Source: a bacterium (GTDB taxonomy: Bacteria; JAAXHH01). From it: a stretch of 64,000 nt of DNA. How positions within the stretch are numbered: position 1 is the first letter of the stretch; each line of letters opens with the position of its first letter. Location of the stretch: NCBI GenBank assembly GCA_965242885.1, contig CBDETH010000008.1, positions 461,537 to 525,536 on the forward strand, read 5' to 3'. Below are positions 21,101 through 30,055 of this stretch, in pieces. The translations under genes were made by a program, and so were the position numbers. The notes beneath the pieces are model-generated. The model was not told the origin of the DNA. It ran no database searches and saw only the letters and a list, made by a program, of their open reading frames with translations.

Positions 21101-23967
21101 AAACTGCGGGCACAGATGGGACCGCGAGCGCGGACGGCCACATCCGGGAGATCACCGTGCGCGGCGCGCGGGAACACAACCTGAACGATCTCTCCGTGAC
21201 GATCCCCCGGGACCGGATGACGGTGTTTACGGGCGTATCGGGCTCGGGGAAGACCTCCCTGGCTCTCGATACGATCTACGCGGAAGGCCAGCGCCGGTAC
21301 GTGGAATCCCTGTCCGCCTATGCGCGGCAGTTCCTCCAGCAGATGCAGAAACCGAAGGTGGACCATATCGTCGGTCTTTCCCCGGCCATATCCATCGAAC
21401 AGAAGTCCCCCGGCCGGAACCCCCGTTCCACGGTAGGCACCATCACGGAGATCTACGAGTACCTGCGCGGGCTCTACGCCCTTGTGGGTGTCCCCCACTG
21501 TCCGGCCTGCCGGGTGCCCATCGGCGCGCAGACACCCAGCCAGATCGTGGACCGCGTCATGACCCTGCCGGAAGGGACGCGCGCCACGCTCCACGCCCCG
21601 CTGGAACCCGAAGGCGCCGAGGGGTATGACGTCCTCCTGGACCGGGCCCGAAGGAACGGGTTCATCCGGGTGCGCATCGACGGGGAACTGCGTCGGCTCG
21701 AAGAAGACATAGAGATCGACCGCCGCCGGCGTCACGAGTTGTGCGTGGTGGTGGACCGGATCGTCATGCAGGGCGACGTGCGCCAGCGCCTGGCCGACTC
21801 GGTGGAGACGGCCCTGGAGCTATCAGGCGGGCTGCTGATCGCCGAGGTGGAGGAGCCGGATGCCGCCGAGCCCCGCGACATCCGTTTCAGCCGATACTAT
21901 TCGTGTCCGTCCTGCGGAAACAGCTACGACGAACCCACGCCCCAGAGCTTCTCCTTCAACCACCGGTCGGGCATGTGCCCCGAATGCGACGGACTCGGCA
22001 CCCAGCCCGGGATCGATCTCGACCTGCTGATTCCCCATCGCGCGAAACCGGTGCGTGAAGCCGCCGCCGCGATCTGGGGGGAAGACGCAGCGGGTGAAAG
22101 CCCCATGGGCCAGCGGTCCATGCTCGATCTGCTGGAACAGGTGGCGTCCTCGAATGGATTTGCCCTAGAGACGCCGGTCGACGCACTGTCGCCGGAACAG
22201 CTCCAGGTGTTGCTCTACGGAAGCGACCGGTGGGTGGACGACCAGCGGGTGCCCGGCCTGTCCTTCCAGTTCCGGGGCATCTTCCCGACGGTGGAACTGG
22301 TCGCCCGGTACGCGAACCGCTTCCCTGAACTGGCCCGCATGCTGCAGCCGACGCCCTGTCCGGCCTGCGAAGGGGGAAGGCTCCGGCCAGAGAGCCTCTC
22401 CGTGCTGATCGACGGCGTGTCTATTGCCGGGCTCTGCGCCCTCCCCGTCGACCGCGCCATGGACTTCATCGAGAAGCTGAAACTCTCCGCGTCCCAACGG
22501 GAAGTCGCTGGGGAGGTATTGACGGAAATCCGAAACCGCATGCGCTTCCTGCTGGACGTGGGACTGGAATACCTGACGCTCGACCGCCGGGCGCCCACGC
22601 TTTCGGGCGGCGAGGCGCAGCGGATCCGCCTGGCCAGCCAGATCGGATCGGGACTGACCGGTGTGCTCTACGTGCTGGACGAGCCCACGATCGGACTCCA
22701 CCCGCGGGACAATCTCCGGCTGATCGAGGCCCTGGAGAACCTGCGCGATCTCGGCAATACCCTCATCATGGTCGAACACGACCGCGATACGCTGGAACAT
22801 GCCGACAACCTGGTGGATTTCGGACCGGGGGCCGGTGTGCACGGGGGCCGGATCGTGGGCCAGGGCGCGCCCGGGACCCTCAGGGAACATGACGCTTCGC
22901 TCACCGGGCGGTACCTGGCCGACCGGCTGCGCATCGAAGTGCCCGCGGACCGCCGAAAGCCGGGCCGCAACAGGCTGCGCATCCTCGGGGCCCGCCAGAA
23001 CAACCTGAAGAACATCGACGTGTCGCTGCCCCTCGGTCTCTTCATCTGCGTCACGGGGGTGTCCGGATCGGGCAAAAGCTCCCTCGTCAACGATATCCTG
23101 TATCCCGTTCTGGCCTCCACCCTGCACCGCGCCCAGGTCAATCCCGGCCCCCACGACGAGATCAAGGGGCTGCGCTTCGTGGACAAGGTCATCAACATCG
23201 ACCAGACGCCCATCGGCCATTCCCCGCGGTCGGACCCCTGCACCTACGTCGGGCTCTTCGCGCCGATCCGCCAACTCTTCGCCCGGACCGTGGAGGCCCG
23301 GATGCGAGGCTACGAACCCCGCCGGTTCAGCTTCAACGTGCCCGCGGGCCGCTGCGAGGCCTGTCAGGGACTCGGCGTACGCAAGATCGAAATGCACTTC
23401 CTGGCGGACGTGTGGATGACCTGCGAGGTCTGCGACGGGAAGCGCTACATGAAGGAAACGCTGGAAGTGACCTACAAGGGGAAGACCATCGCCGATGTCC
23501 TGGACATGACCGTGGCCGAGGCCCTCGAGCACTTCGAGAACGTGCCCCGCATCCGGCGCATGCTCCAGACGCTGTACGACGTGGGTCTCGACTACATCAA
23601 GCTGGGTCAGTCGGCCGTCACGCTGTCAGGCGGAGAGGCGCAGCGCGTCAAGCTCGCGAAGGAGCTCTCCCGGCCGGGCACCGGCAAGACCATCTACCTG
23701 CTGGACGAGCCGACCACGGGGCTCCACTTCGACGACATCCGCAAGCTGCTTAAGGTCCTGAACCGGCTGGTGGACAAGGGGAATACGGTGCTGGTGATCG
23801 AGCACAACCTGGATATTATCAAGACGGCCGACTGGATCGTCGACCTCGGACCGGAAGGCGGTGACCGGGGCGGTCATGTGGTTGCCGCGGGGACGCCCGA
23901 GGAAATCGCCGGTTCGCTTTCCCATACCGGGCGGATACTGTCGAGGGAACTGGCGGCGGCAGATTAG
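18175..23967 (+). CDS. uvrA: Excinuclease ABC subunit A, double-length (two complete UvrA units fused)
   Basis: Four Walker A motifs (GVSGSGKS/T), four LSGGEAQR signatures and Zn-finger Cys pairs. The two halves are joined by a low-complexity linker at ~21000-21140. Confidence 0.95.
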   Translation: MAGTTIQIKGARVHNLKNVNLDLPKDALICFTGVSGSGKSSLAFDTLYAEGQRRYVESLSAYARQFLGQMQKPDVDRITGLAPAISIEQKAAGLNPRSTVGTITEIYDFLRVLYARVGVPHCTKCGARIGAQTLEQIVARILALPEGTRMLVLAPVIQGRRGEYRDLFEDLRRQGYLRARVNGEVVNLSEDPDLDRNMRHTIEVVTDRLVMRDDIRTRLVEAVEGALHLGQGTVMVQLEADGRTSDLLFSTRYACTKCDLSYEEPTPQLFSFNSPQGMCPNCHGLGTMMRIEPRLIVPDPSKSINEGAIEPLGTIANLWKRHFYEGIAQHVGFSLDTPWEQLTEEARRVVLYGLGYKRITFTFRNGKGGEWSHKDRFNGVVNDLEKRYHTLKSQRHKAELERYMAIGECDLCHGERLKPEALSVTLGGLSIAALCRLPILDIRAFFEKLSLSDAERQIGDEALKEIVARLDFLLNVGLEYLTLERTAPTLSGGEAQRIRLASQIGRGLVGVMYVLDEPSIGLHPRDNRRLLDTLGYLRDQGNTVIIVEHDEETMWASDHIVDFGPGAGVNGGEIVAEGRPGVVAASTASLTGQYLCGKKTIPVPVSRRSVNDSWLTILGARQNNLKNLDVRLPVGRFTCVTGVSGSGKSSLINDILYAALARSLNKAGTQPGEFDGLKGVSHLDKVINIDQAPIGRTPRSNPATYTKVFDAIRALFAETPEARLRGYKPGRFSFNVRGGRCEACEGNGATRVEMDFLADMWVSCPVCEGRRFDRETLEVKYKGHSIADVLDLDVQEALEIFEHVPSIARVLRTLYDVGLGYIKLGQPAPTLSGGEAQRIKLGRELCKRSTGRTMYVLDEPTTGLHFEDITHLLAVLNAFVDKGNTVVVIEHNIDVIKTADWIIDLGPEGGEAGGRVIAEGTPETVADITDSSTGQILAKALRPPGSPGASPETPATLPVTPESLPAAGQTAGADGQTAGTDGTASADGHIREITVRGAREHNLNDLSVTIPRDRMTVFTGVSGSGKTSLALDTIYAEGQRRYVESLSAYARQFLQQMQKPKVDHIVGLSPAISIEQKSPGRNPRSTVGTITEIYEYLRGLYALVGVPHCPACRVPIGAQTPSQIVDRVMTLPEGTRATLHAPLEPEGAEGYDVLLDRARRNGFIRVRIDGELRRLEEDIEIDRRRRHELCVVVDRIVMQGDVRQRLADSVETALELSGGLLIAEVEEPDAAEPRDIRFSRYYSCPSCGNSYDEPTPQSFSFNHRSGMCPECDGLGTQPGIDLDLLIPHRAKPVREAAAAIWGEDAAGESPMGQRSMLDLLEQVASSNGFALETPVDALSPEQLQVLLYGSDRWVDDQRVPGLSFQFRGIFPTVELVARYANRFPELARMLQPTPCPACEGGRLRPESLSVLIDGVSIAGLCALPVDRAMDFIEKLKLSASQREVAGEVLTEIRNRMRFLLDVGLEYLTLDRRAPTLSGGEAQRIRLASQIGSGLTGVLYVLDEPTIGLHPRDNLRLIEALENLRDLGNTLIMVEHDRDTLEHADNLVDFGPGAGVHGGRIVGQGAPGTLREHDASLTGRYLADRLRIEVPADRRKPGRNRLRILGARQNNLKNIDVSLPLGLFICVTGVSGSGKSSLVNDILYPVLASTLHRAQVNPGPHDEIKGLRFVDKVINIDQTPIGHSPRSDPCTYVGLFAPIRQLFARTVEARMRGYEPRRFSFNVPAGRCEACQGLGVRKIEMHFLADVWMTCEVCDGKRYMKETLEVTYKGKTIADVLDMTVAEALEHFENVPRIRRMLQTLYDVGLDYIKLGQSAVTLSGGEAQRVKLAKELSRPGTGKTIYLLDEPTTGLHFDDIRKLLKVLNRLVDKGNTVLVIEHNLDIIKTADWIVDLGPEGGDRGGHVVAAGTPEEIAGSLSHTGRILSRELAAAD

Positions 23968-25073
23968 ACGCCAGCTTTCCATACCCTTTCCAGGCCTTCC
24001 CACAACCTGCCGATCTTCAACGAAGATTCCGTCTCGCCCCGGCAACTGTACCAGCACCGGTTGCAATCGATCTTCTTCGAGACCTTTTTGAAGTCGGTAT
24101 ATCCGGACAGTACGGGCAGTTCCGCGCAGGGCTTTATGTCGCCGTCGGGGGTCAGTTGCACCAGCCACTTGCCGGCCACCGAGCAGGACTGTGGAAGAGT
24201 ATCCTGGAAATAACCGGGGATGCGGCGCAGGTACCAGGCGGAACTGACGATGTTGCCCAGGCGGGACTTCTGGTAGATCAGATCCTCGATCACGGATTCC
24301 AGCCGTTCGGTGTGACCCGGATCCACCAGGTGGGTTTCGTTCCCGTTCTTGAAGTCGCTGTAGCAGCTGTATGAGACCTTTGCGCCCATGGTCCGAGCCA
24401 GGTGCGCTATGGGCACGACGTGGTCCAGGTTGTCCCGCATGATCACCGTGTTGAAAATCACGTTGACCCCCCGGGCCGTCAACTGGGGCACGAGCGTGGA
24501 GATGTGCTCGTACAGCCCCTCGATGCCCCGTTCCTCGTCATGTTCGCGTCCGATGTAATTCAACGAAATCGAGATGTGGTCCAGGCCGGCGTCCCACAGG
24601 GCCATGGCTTTTTCCACGGTCAGCAGAGATCCGTGGGTGACCATGCCGATGTAGATGAACCCCAGGGATTCCTTGATGCGCCTGACCGCCTCGGGCAGTT
24701 GCTTGTTGATCGTGGGTTCCCCGCCGGTCAGGGTAACCGCCAGGGGGTTCAGCTTCCGCAGTGCCGCCACGTAGTCGTAGTCGCCCAGCTTGCCTGAACG
24801 TTTCGTCTTCCAGTAATCACAGAAATCGCATGTGGCGTTGCAGAGGTAGGTCACCTCCATGTTCACCGACATCGGTCCGCCCTTCAGTCGCACCCACAGG
24901 TATTTGAGCATGGCGCGGAGCTTCGTGGCGAAGGACATGGGCCGCAACAGCGTCCGGTCGTACCCGAGATAGCCCGCGTCCGGCTGCAGTACGGGCGGTC
25001 CGGGCGGTCCGGGCGGCGCGGGCGACGGCGGGATGAGTTCCACCGCCGGTGAGATCTGAACCTGTTCGGACAT
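23964..25073 (-). CDS. Radical SAM protein with a C-terminal Cys-rich SPASM/twitch-like region
   Basis: CNATCDFC, TGGEP, and C-terminal CSV...PC...CNRCWYSC. SD AGGAG. Confidence 0.88.
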   Translation of the reverse strand: MSEQVQISPAVELIPPSPAPPGPPGPPVLQPDAGYLGYDRTLLRPMSFATKLRAMLKYLWVRLKGGPMSVNMEVTYLCNATCDFCDYWKTKRSGKLGDYDYVAALRKLNPLAVTLTGGEPTINKQLPEAVRRIKESLGFIYIGMVTHGSLLTVEKAMALWDAGLDHISISLNYIGREHDEERGIEGLYEHISTLVPQLTARGVNVIFNTVIMRDNLDHVVPIAHLARTMGAKVSYSCYSDFKNGNETHLVDPGHTERLESVIEDLIYQKSRLGNIVSSAWYLRRIPGYFQDTLPQSCSVAGKWLVQLTPDGDIKPCAELPVLSGYTDFKKVSKKIDCNRCWYSCRGETESSLKIGRLWEGLERVWKAGV

Positions 25074-25083
25074 GAATGTGCTC

Positions 25084-26526
25084 CTACGCCACCGCGCGCG
25101 TGGCCGCGGTGACGGAATCTCTGCCGTCTATGGTCCCTTTGACGGTACGTCCCGTCAGGTTCAGCATGGCGGGGAACACGTCCACGGTACGGACGCATTC
25201 CGCTGCAATCTCGGCGTTCATCACCAAAGGCACGTGCATATGGTCGCGATGCAATGAACCGTGGGTCGACTTGTGCTCGGGATGTTCATGCCGGTATCGC
25301 AGATCGTAGCCGTTCCGGGCGCTGACGATCAGGTCTCCGGACCGCGGCGAACCGAAGACGCGCAGCAACTGGTAAGGCGCGTCCGGATACTCGGTGTCGT
25401 ACGTGGCGGAGAGCATCTGCTCATCGGAAGCTTCGGCCGGCATGCCGCCGTAGCCGAAAGGATCCTGGCCTTCGAGCACCCGGTACGCGATGCCGCCGGG
25501 CATCTCCCTGATTTCACTGATTCCCCGGCGCCCGCAGACGATGACCGCGTCCTCCCGGGTCGCCGCCACCAGGTCTACCGCCTCCTGTTCAAGCAAGGCC
25601 TCGATGGGATCGGTATCCCCCAGAGCGCGGATTTCATCGTATGACGGCCTCTCCTCCCACGTCTCGCCCTTCTTCAGGTAGATATGCGCCATGCCGTTGC
25701 CCGAGACCATCGTTGCCGCGTCGCATCCACTACGCAGGATCCGGGGATAGTACAGCGTATTGAATCCGATTTCGTCGAGAAAGGACCATAGCTCGAAATG
25801 CGTGTGGGTGGAGGTCAGGCCATGATCGCTGGAGACCACGAGCAGCGTGTCATCCAGCCTGTTCAGCCGCTGAAGCCGCTCCGCCAGCCTGCCAAGCCCC
25901 CGGTCGAATGCCCGGTAAGCCTCCAGCGTGGCGTCCGAAAAGGGATCGGTGTAATGGGAGTATTCGTCCACTGCGGGGAATACGATCGACAGGAAATCCA
26001 CGGCCCGGTCGACAGCCCGGTCGATGTACCTCCAGGCCGCGTCGTCCATGACCTGCCACCGGCCGGATAAATGGGCATAGTACAAGTACCAGTTCCTGGT
26101 CAGCAGCGTCCGGTTTTCGAACAGGCCCAACCCCTTGTTTACCAGGCTGAAAACGCCCGCCGGACGCTCGAAGTATTCGAAGATGGTGTGGATACCGTCC
26201 CGGAGATCACTGTCGATATACAGTCCACCCGGTCCCACGTAACTGCGCGCCTGCCGGAAATGGGTAAGCCCCTCCGGCCGGTACCGGTCGAACCAGCGGA
26301 TGCCGGGAAGATTGCACGAACCGGGCGTACAGCCGGTCAAAAAGGGCACATGGGCCGGACCGGTCGTGGACGGGAACGAGGTCACCGCTTTCCGGTAATC
26401 TCCCCGGTCGAGGACGTACCGCCGCAGGGACGGAAGTTCGCCGGCCTCGATCAGTTTCCGCATGACGTCTTCCCGTGCGCCGTCGACGAGGAAAAAGATG
26501 CACCGGTTATAGACCGTCGCCGCCAT
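25084..26526 (-). CDS. Alkaline phosphatase superfamily / type I nucleotide pyrophosphatase-phosphodiesterase
   Basis: LVDG, FPSTT nucleophile motif, DEYSH, SDHG and THGSL. ATG 26526 follows AGGAG. Confidence 0.85.
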   Translation of the reverse strand: MAATVYNRCIFFLVDGAREDVMRKLIEAGELPSLRRYVLDRGDYRKAVTSFPSTTGPAHVPFLTGCTPGSCNLPGIRWFDRYRPEGLTHFRQARSYVGPGGLYIDSDLRDGIHTIFEYFERPAGVFSLVNKGLGLFENRTLLTRNWYLYYAHLSGRWQVMDDAAWRYIDRAVDRAVDFLSIVFPAVDEYSHYTDPFSDATLEAYRAFDRGLGRLAERLQRLNRLDDTLLVVSSDHGLTSTHTHFELWSFLDEIGFNTLYYPRILRSGCDAATMVSGNGMAHIYLKKGETWEERPSYDEIRALGDTDPIEALLEQEAVDLVAATREDAVIVCGRRGISEIREMPGGIAYRVLEGQDPFGYGGMPAEASDEQMLSATYDTEYPDAPYQLLRVFGSPRSGDLIVSARNGYDLRYRHEHPEHKSTHGSLHRDHMHVPLVMNAEIAAECVRTVDVFPAMLNLTGRTVKGTIDGRDSVTAATRAVA

Positions 26527-26606
26527 TCCGTCTCCTAAAAACATAGGACATCGAAACATTACTCAATTCGAGTATACAGTACAGGCTTGGAAGTATACTC
26601 GTTTCG

Positions 26607-27206
26607 CTATTCGATTTCAAGGGTTTTCGCACGCAGGGTGTTGAGCAATTCGTCGTAGGAGGTCTTGCTGATCTTCTTGTAGAATGCGTCCCTGTTGGCC
26701 AGCGCGACGCTCGCCCCGTCGATGACCATGTCATAGATGAGCCATTCCCCCGCTTTCAGCTCCATCTTGTAGTCGACGAGCGTTTTGGTGCCCTTATACC
26801 ATACCGTCGTTCTCACCAGCGAGCGGCTGCCCCGGGTTTCTTCCCCGTCATACGTCGTCCTGTCCGACCGCTTGCGCAGCTTGTCCAGGGCCCGGCTTTC
26901 GGTCCACCTGCGCAGGACCGAAACGAACTCCTCCCGCTCGACGTCCGTCCGGTCCCGCCAGTGTCTGCCGAGTGAAATGCGGCTGTGCCGCTCGAAATCG
27001 AACCCGGAGACGACAGCGTGGCGCACCAGGCTGTCCATTACCGCTTCGGTGGCGGCCCCGTCCAGGGCGCGTAGCGCGGCGTCCCGCTGCTTCAGCGTCT
27101 CGATGGGGGAGTATTCCTGCGCATAACTCCCGAAAGCCAGCAGCGACACCACCGCCCAGACGGCAAAGCGTCCCAGGCGGCGGACAGCACGTCGATTCAC
27201 TTGCAT
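26607..27206 (-). CDS. MlaC/Ttg2D (HpnM-like) periplasmic lipid-binding protein
   Basis: Signal peptide, FDFERHSRISLGRHW and VDYKM...WLIYDMVIDGASV..NR..F. SD GGAGG. Confidence 0.8.
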   Translation of the reverse strand: MQVNRRAVRRLGRFAVWAVVSLLAFGSYAQEYSPIETLKQRDAALRALDGAATEAVMDSLVRHAVVSGFDFERHSRISLGRHWRDRTDVEREEFVSVLRRWTESRALDKLRKRSDRTTYDGEETRGSRSLVRTTVWYKGTKTLVDYKMELKAGEWLIYDMVIDGASVALANRDAFYKKISKTSYDELLNTLRAKTLEIE

Positions 27207-27258
27207 TCCCCACCTCCATCCTTTCAATCTTCCGATCGGATCGCCCGGATTGGCCGGA

Positions 27259-28308
27259 TCAGGACCCGGTGTCCCGGCGATGAACCACGAAGTCGTCGTA
27301 ATCCCCCTTCGAATCCGTTCCCGTCGCGTTGCCATCCGTAAGAATGCCGATCCCGACGGCTTTCCGCGGCGGTTTCTTCCCGAAGATCCGGATATAGTCC
27401 GCATGCACGTCGACCGACTCCTCGACCCACTGTCCGAGCTTTTCTTTCCCGCTCTCGAGCACGATCACGTGGGGACGGCCGATGCCTTCGCGGCGGTAGT
27501 GGGTGCCGACCGGCACGGTGGTGCTCCAGACATATTTCAGGGTCTTGGGCACGCCGATGAAGTTCTGGTCCAGGACCACGTATACGGCCACGGAACTGTC
27601 GTTTTTGGAACCGATGCGTTCATCGCCGCCTTCGGGCAGGACCGTCGCCCTCCAGCGCCAGGACAGCACCGGATATTCATTCGCATTCCATTCACCGACC
27701 TGCTTGAGAATAATGACGGAGGATCCGTCGTCGTCGGCGTGGAGATACCGGTTGCCCTTCTCCTCACGGATCGTGTACAGGTTGCGTGCCAGGTCGTCGT
27801 CTCCCCGCCAGGCTTTCCAGGTCAGGGGGAAGCCGCCCGGAGCCGAATCGTCGAAGGCTTCGATCGTGATCGACTTTCGAAGGCCATCGTCCCGCTGGGG
27901 AGGAGGCGCATGGTCCGCATGGTCCGCAAGGTCCGCATGGTCCGCCCGCGCGACGCCCGGAACGAACGAGGCGGTCCGCGGCCAGGCCGTCCCGGACGCC
28001 CAGGCCGTCCCGGACTCCCAGGCCGTCCCGGACTCCCAGGCCGTCCCGGACGCCCGGGGCGAAAGCGCCTGTGTCTCCGTGTCCGTGCGAAGGACGGTAG
28101 GCGGATCGATGAACGCGGCGCAGATCAGCAGGACACCCCCAGCCAGCAGACAGAACGCCCGGACGGACGGCCAACCCCGCGCCCCGCCCGCCGGCATGCC
28201 ACGTCCCATGCCCGGCGGCATATCACCCGCCTTGCCCGCCGGCGTATCACCCGCCTTGCCCGCCAGCGTATCACCCGCCTTGCCCGCCGCCTCATGCCTA
28301 TGGTTCAT
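27259..28308 (-). CDS. DUF3047-family exported protein with repeat-rich N-terminus
   Basis: YPVLSWRWR....P.GGDER...KNDS...VYV, LKYVWS, GQWVEESVDVHADY...FG and GILTDGN.T motifs. Confidence 0.75.
   Translation of the reverse strand: MNHRHEAAGKAGDTLAGKAGDTPAGKAGDMPPGMGRGMPAGGARGWPSVRAFCLLAGGVLLICAAFIDPPTVLRTDTETQALSPRASGTAWESGTAWESGTAWASGTAWPRTASFVPGVARADHADLADHADHAPPPQRDDGLRKSITIEAFDDSAPGGFPLTWKAWRGDDDLARNLYTIREEKGNRYLHADDDGSSVIILKQVGEWNANEYPVLSWRWRATVLPEGGDERIGSKNDSSVAVYVVLDQNFIGVPKTLKYVWSTTVPVGTHYRREGIGRPHVIVLESGKEKLGQWVEESVDVHADYIRIFGKKPPRKAVGIGILTDGNATGTDSKGDYDDFVVHRRDTGS
27908..28290. repeat. In-frame tandem repeats in the DUF3047 gene (9-bp x4, 18-bp x4, 24-bp x3)
   Basis: GCATGGTCC, CCAGGCCGTCCCGGAC(G/T)C and GCGTATCACCCGCCTTGCCCGCC units, encoding ADH, (A/E)SGTAW and AGKAGD(T/M)x. 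Confidence 0.85.
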
Positions 28309-28326
28309 GCCCGTCCTCCGTTCCGT

Positions 28327-28413
28327 GTTTCAATGCGGCACCGTGTTCAATGCCGCCCCGTATTTCAACGCCGATCCGTGGTTCTACACCGCCCCGTATT
28401 TCAACGCCGATCA
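28327..28413. repeat. Degenerate ~18-bp intergenic tandem repeat
   Basis: TTCAATGCCGCCCCGTAT / TTCAACGCCGATCCGTGG-type units, about 5 copies with no spacers. Confidence 0.7.
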
Positions 28414-29813
28414 TTGTAAATCCCGTTACCGGTCACGTGATCGAGTTCGGCCAGCGAAACGCGGTACTGGTACAGCGACTGCCGGTGCGCGTGTTGCATC
28501 TTCGCATGCGCGGTGAAAGCGTCCAGCAGTTCCGAACTGTCTCCGGTAACGTCGAAACCCAGTTGTGCCGATGTCAGCCATGCCCTGGCGGAGCGAAGCG
28601 CCCGGTCGCTGTTGACCACGTTGGTACGGGCTTCGATCACGTCGCGGTAGGCCTGCTCCACCTGCAGTGCGACCGCGCCCATCGCCTGGGATTCCTTGCT
28701 CACCAGCGCTTCCAGTTCCACTTTCCGGGCAAGGTACTTGGCGCGGGTCAGGCCGAAATTGAAGTTTTGGCGCAAGGTAATCACGGCGCCGCCGCGAAGG
28801 AAATTAAACTCATCCCGGAGAAAAGGATTGTCGAGCTCCGGCCTGTGCGGCGCGATGCCCCACTGGAGGGACCCCGCCAGGGCGATCTGGGGGTAGAAAT
28901 CGCTCCTGGCCACCTTCAACAGCGCCCGGCGGGCCAGCACTCCGGCCCTCAGCTGCCGGATGTCGTGCCGCCGGTTCTTCGCCCGTTCTATGTAAACGTC
29001 CAGTTCTTCGAGGTCCGCCGTTTCGGTTTCCGCCGCCGTATGGACGATATCGAAGTCGCTGGAGCGATCGATTTCGAGCAGAGCCTTCAGCGCCGCCCTC
29101 CCCATATCGATCGACTTCTCGGCCCGCGCACGGCTCTGCTGCACTTCGAATTCGAAGACATCGATTTTCAACAGGTCGTTCTGGCCGACGTCTTCCGAGT
29201 CCTCCTCGATCATCTCGTTTACGCGGTCCCGGGCTTCCTGTACCTTATCTACGCTATCCAGGATGATGTCCCTGAGTTCACCCGCCAGTACGAGTCCGTA
29301 GAACAACTTCTTCACCTGGAACGCCACGTCGAACTTCCGGGATTCCACAGCCGCCTCGCCCGCTTCAAGACCGTACCCGGCCGCCTTCTTCGCGTTACTG
29401 AGCTTCCCGAAGGTGTACAGCGGCTGGATCAGTTCGATCTGCGTGCGCGAGAAAACGCCTAGATCGCCCAGATCACTCCGGATGGTCTCGATCTCTTCCG
29501 TATCACCTTCGATACCCGGCGCGGGACCGAAGATATTGGTCCACTCCAACCGGGGCGTGATGCCCGCGAATCTCGCTTCGCTCAGCCTGGCTTCAAGGCC
29601 CTCGACGGTAAGGACCGCCTGTTCGATGTCCGGACTGACCCGCAACGCCCGGTCCACGCATTGTTCCAGCGTCATCCGGACGGTCTGGACGGACGGGACA
29701 GCCTGGTCGGCCTGGTCAGCCCGTTCGGCCTGAACGAGTCCAACCGGGCCCTGCGCGAATACCGGCCCCGCGATCAGCGATGCCGCCAGGATGTGGACTA
29801 GAATACGAAACAC
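28401..29813 (-). CDS. TolC-family outer-membrane efflux protein
   Basis: GTG 29813 follows GGAGG. Signal peptide (PVFA-Q), MTLEQCVDRAL, QPLYTFGK and ARSDFYPQIAL OEP repeats. Confidence 0.88.
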   Translation of the reverse strand: MFRILVHILAASLIAGPVFAQGPVGLVQAERADQADQAVPSVQTVRMTLEQCVDRALRVSPDIEQAVLTVEGLEARLSEARFAGITPRLEWTNIFGPAPGIEGDTEEIETIRSDLGDLGVFSRTQIELIQPLYTFGKLSNAKKAAGYGLEAGEAAVESRKFDVAFQVKKLFYGLVLAGELRDIILDSVDKVQEARDRVNEMIEEDSEDVGQNDLLKIDVFEFEVQQSRARAEKSIDMGRAALKALLEIDRSSDFDIVHTAAETETADLEELDVYIERAKNRRHDIRQLRAGVLARRALLKVARSDFYPQIALAGSLQWGIAPHRPELDNPFLRDEFNFLRGGAVITLRQNFNFGLTRAKYLARKVELEALVSKESQAMGAVALQVEQAYRDVIEARTNVVNSDRALRSARAWLTSAQLGFDVTGDSSELLDAFTAHAKMQHAHRQSLYQYRVSLAELDHVTGNGIYNDRR

Positions 29814-30055
29814 GATGCCTCCGCTTCTCGCAGGGGTCTTGTCACCGTACAGGTTGACGCGCCGTGATAGATGCAGTCGCCGACTCGCCGAAATCGCCGA
29901 CTCGACCCACCGTAATCGGAAATGCACGCTTTCTCAAGTATATTAGACGCATCCGTTCACCTATTGATCCAACAAATAGCAATGGCCGGTCCATGCACGG
30001 CAGCGGCGCATCCGGCGAGCGTACCCGGTTCCCTACGTTCTCCCGACCGGCGGTA

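Noticed and set aside
26569-26601. Inverted repeat CGAGTATAC...GTATACTCG between the MlaC-like and phosphodiesterase genes
   Set aside because: Could be an operator or a stability hairpin, but it is a single occurrence with no clear U-tract, so no function can be assigned.
28327-28413. TTTCAAT-containing repeats superficially like CRISPR repeats
   Set aside because: The units are ~18 bp and directly adjacent, with no unique spacers. There are no cas genes in the window.
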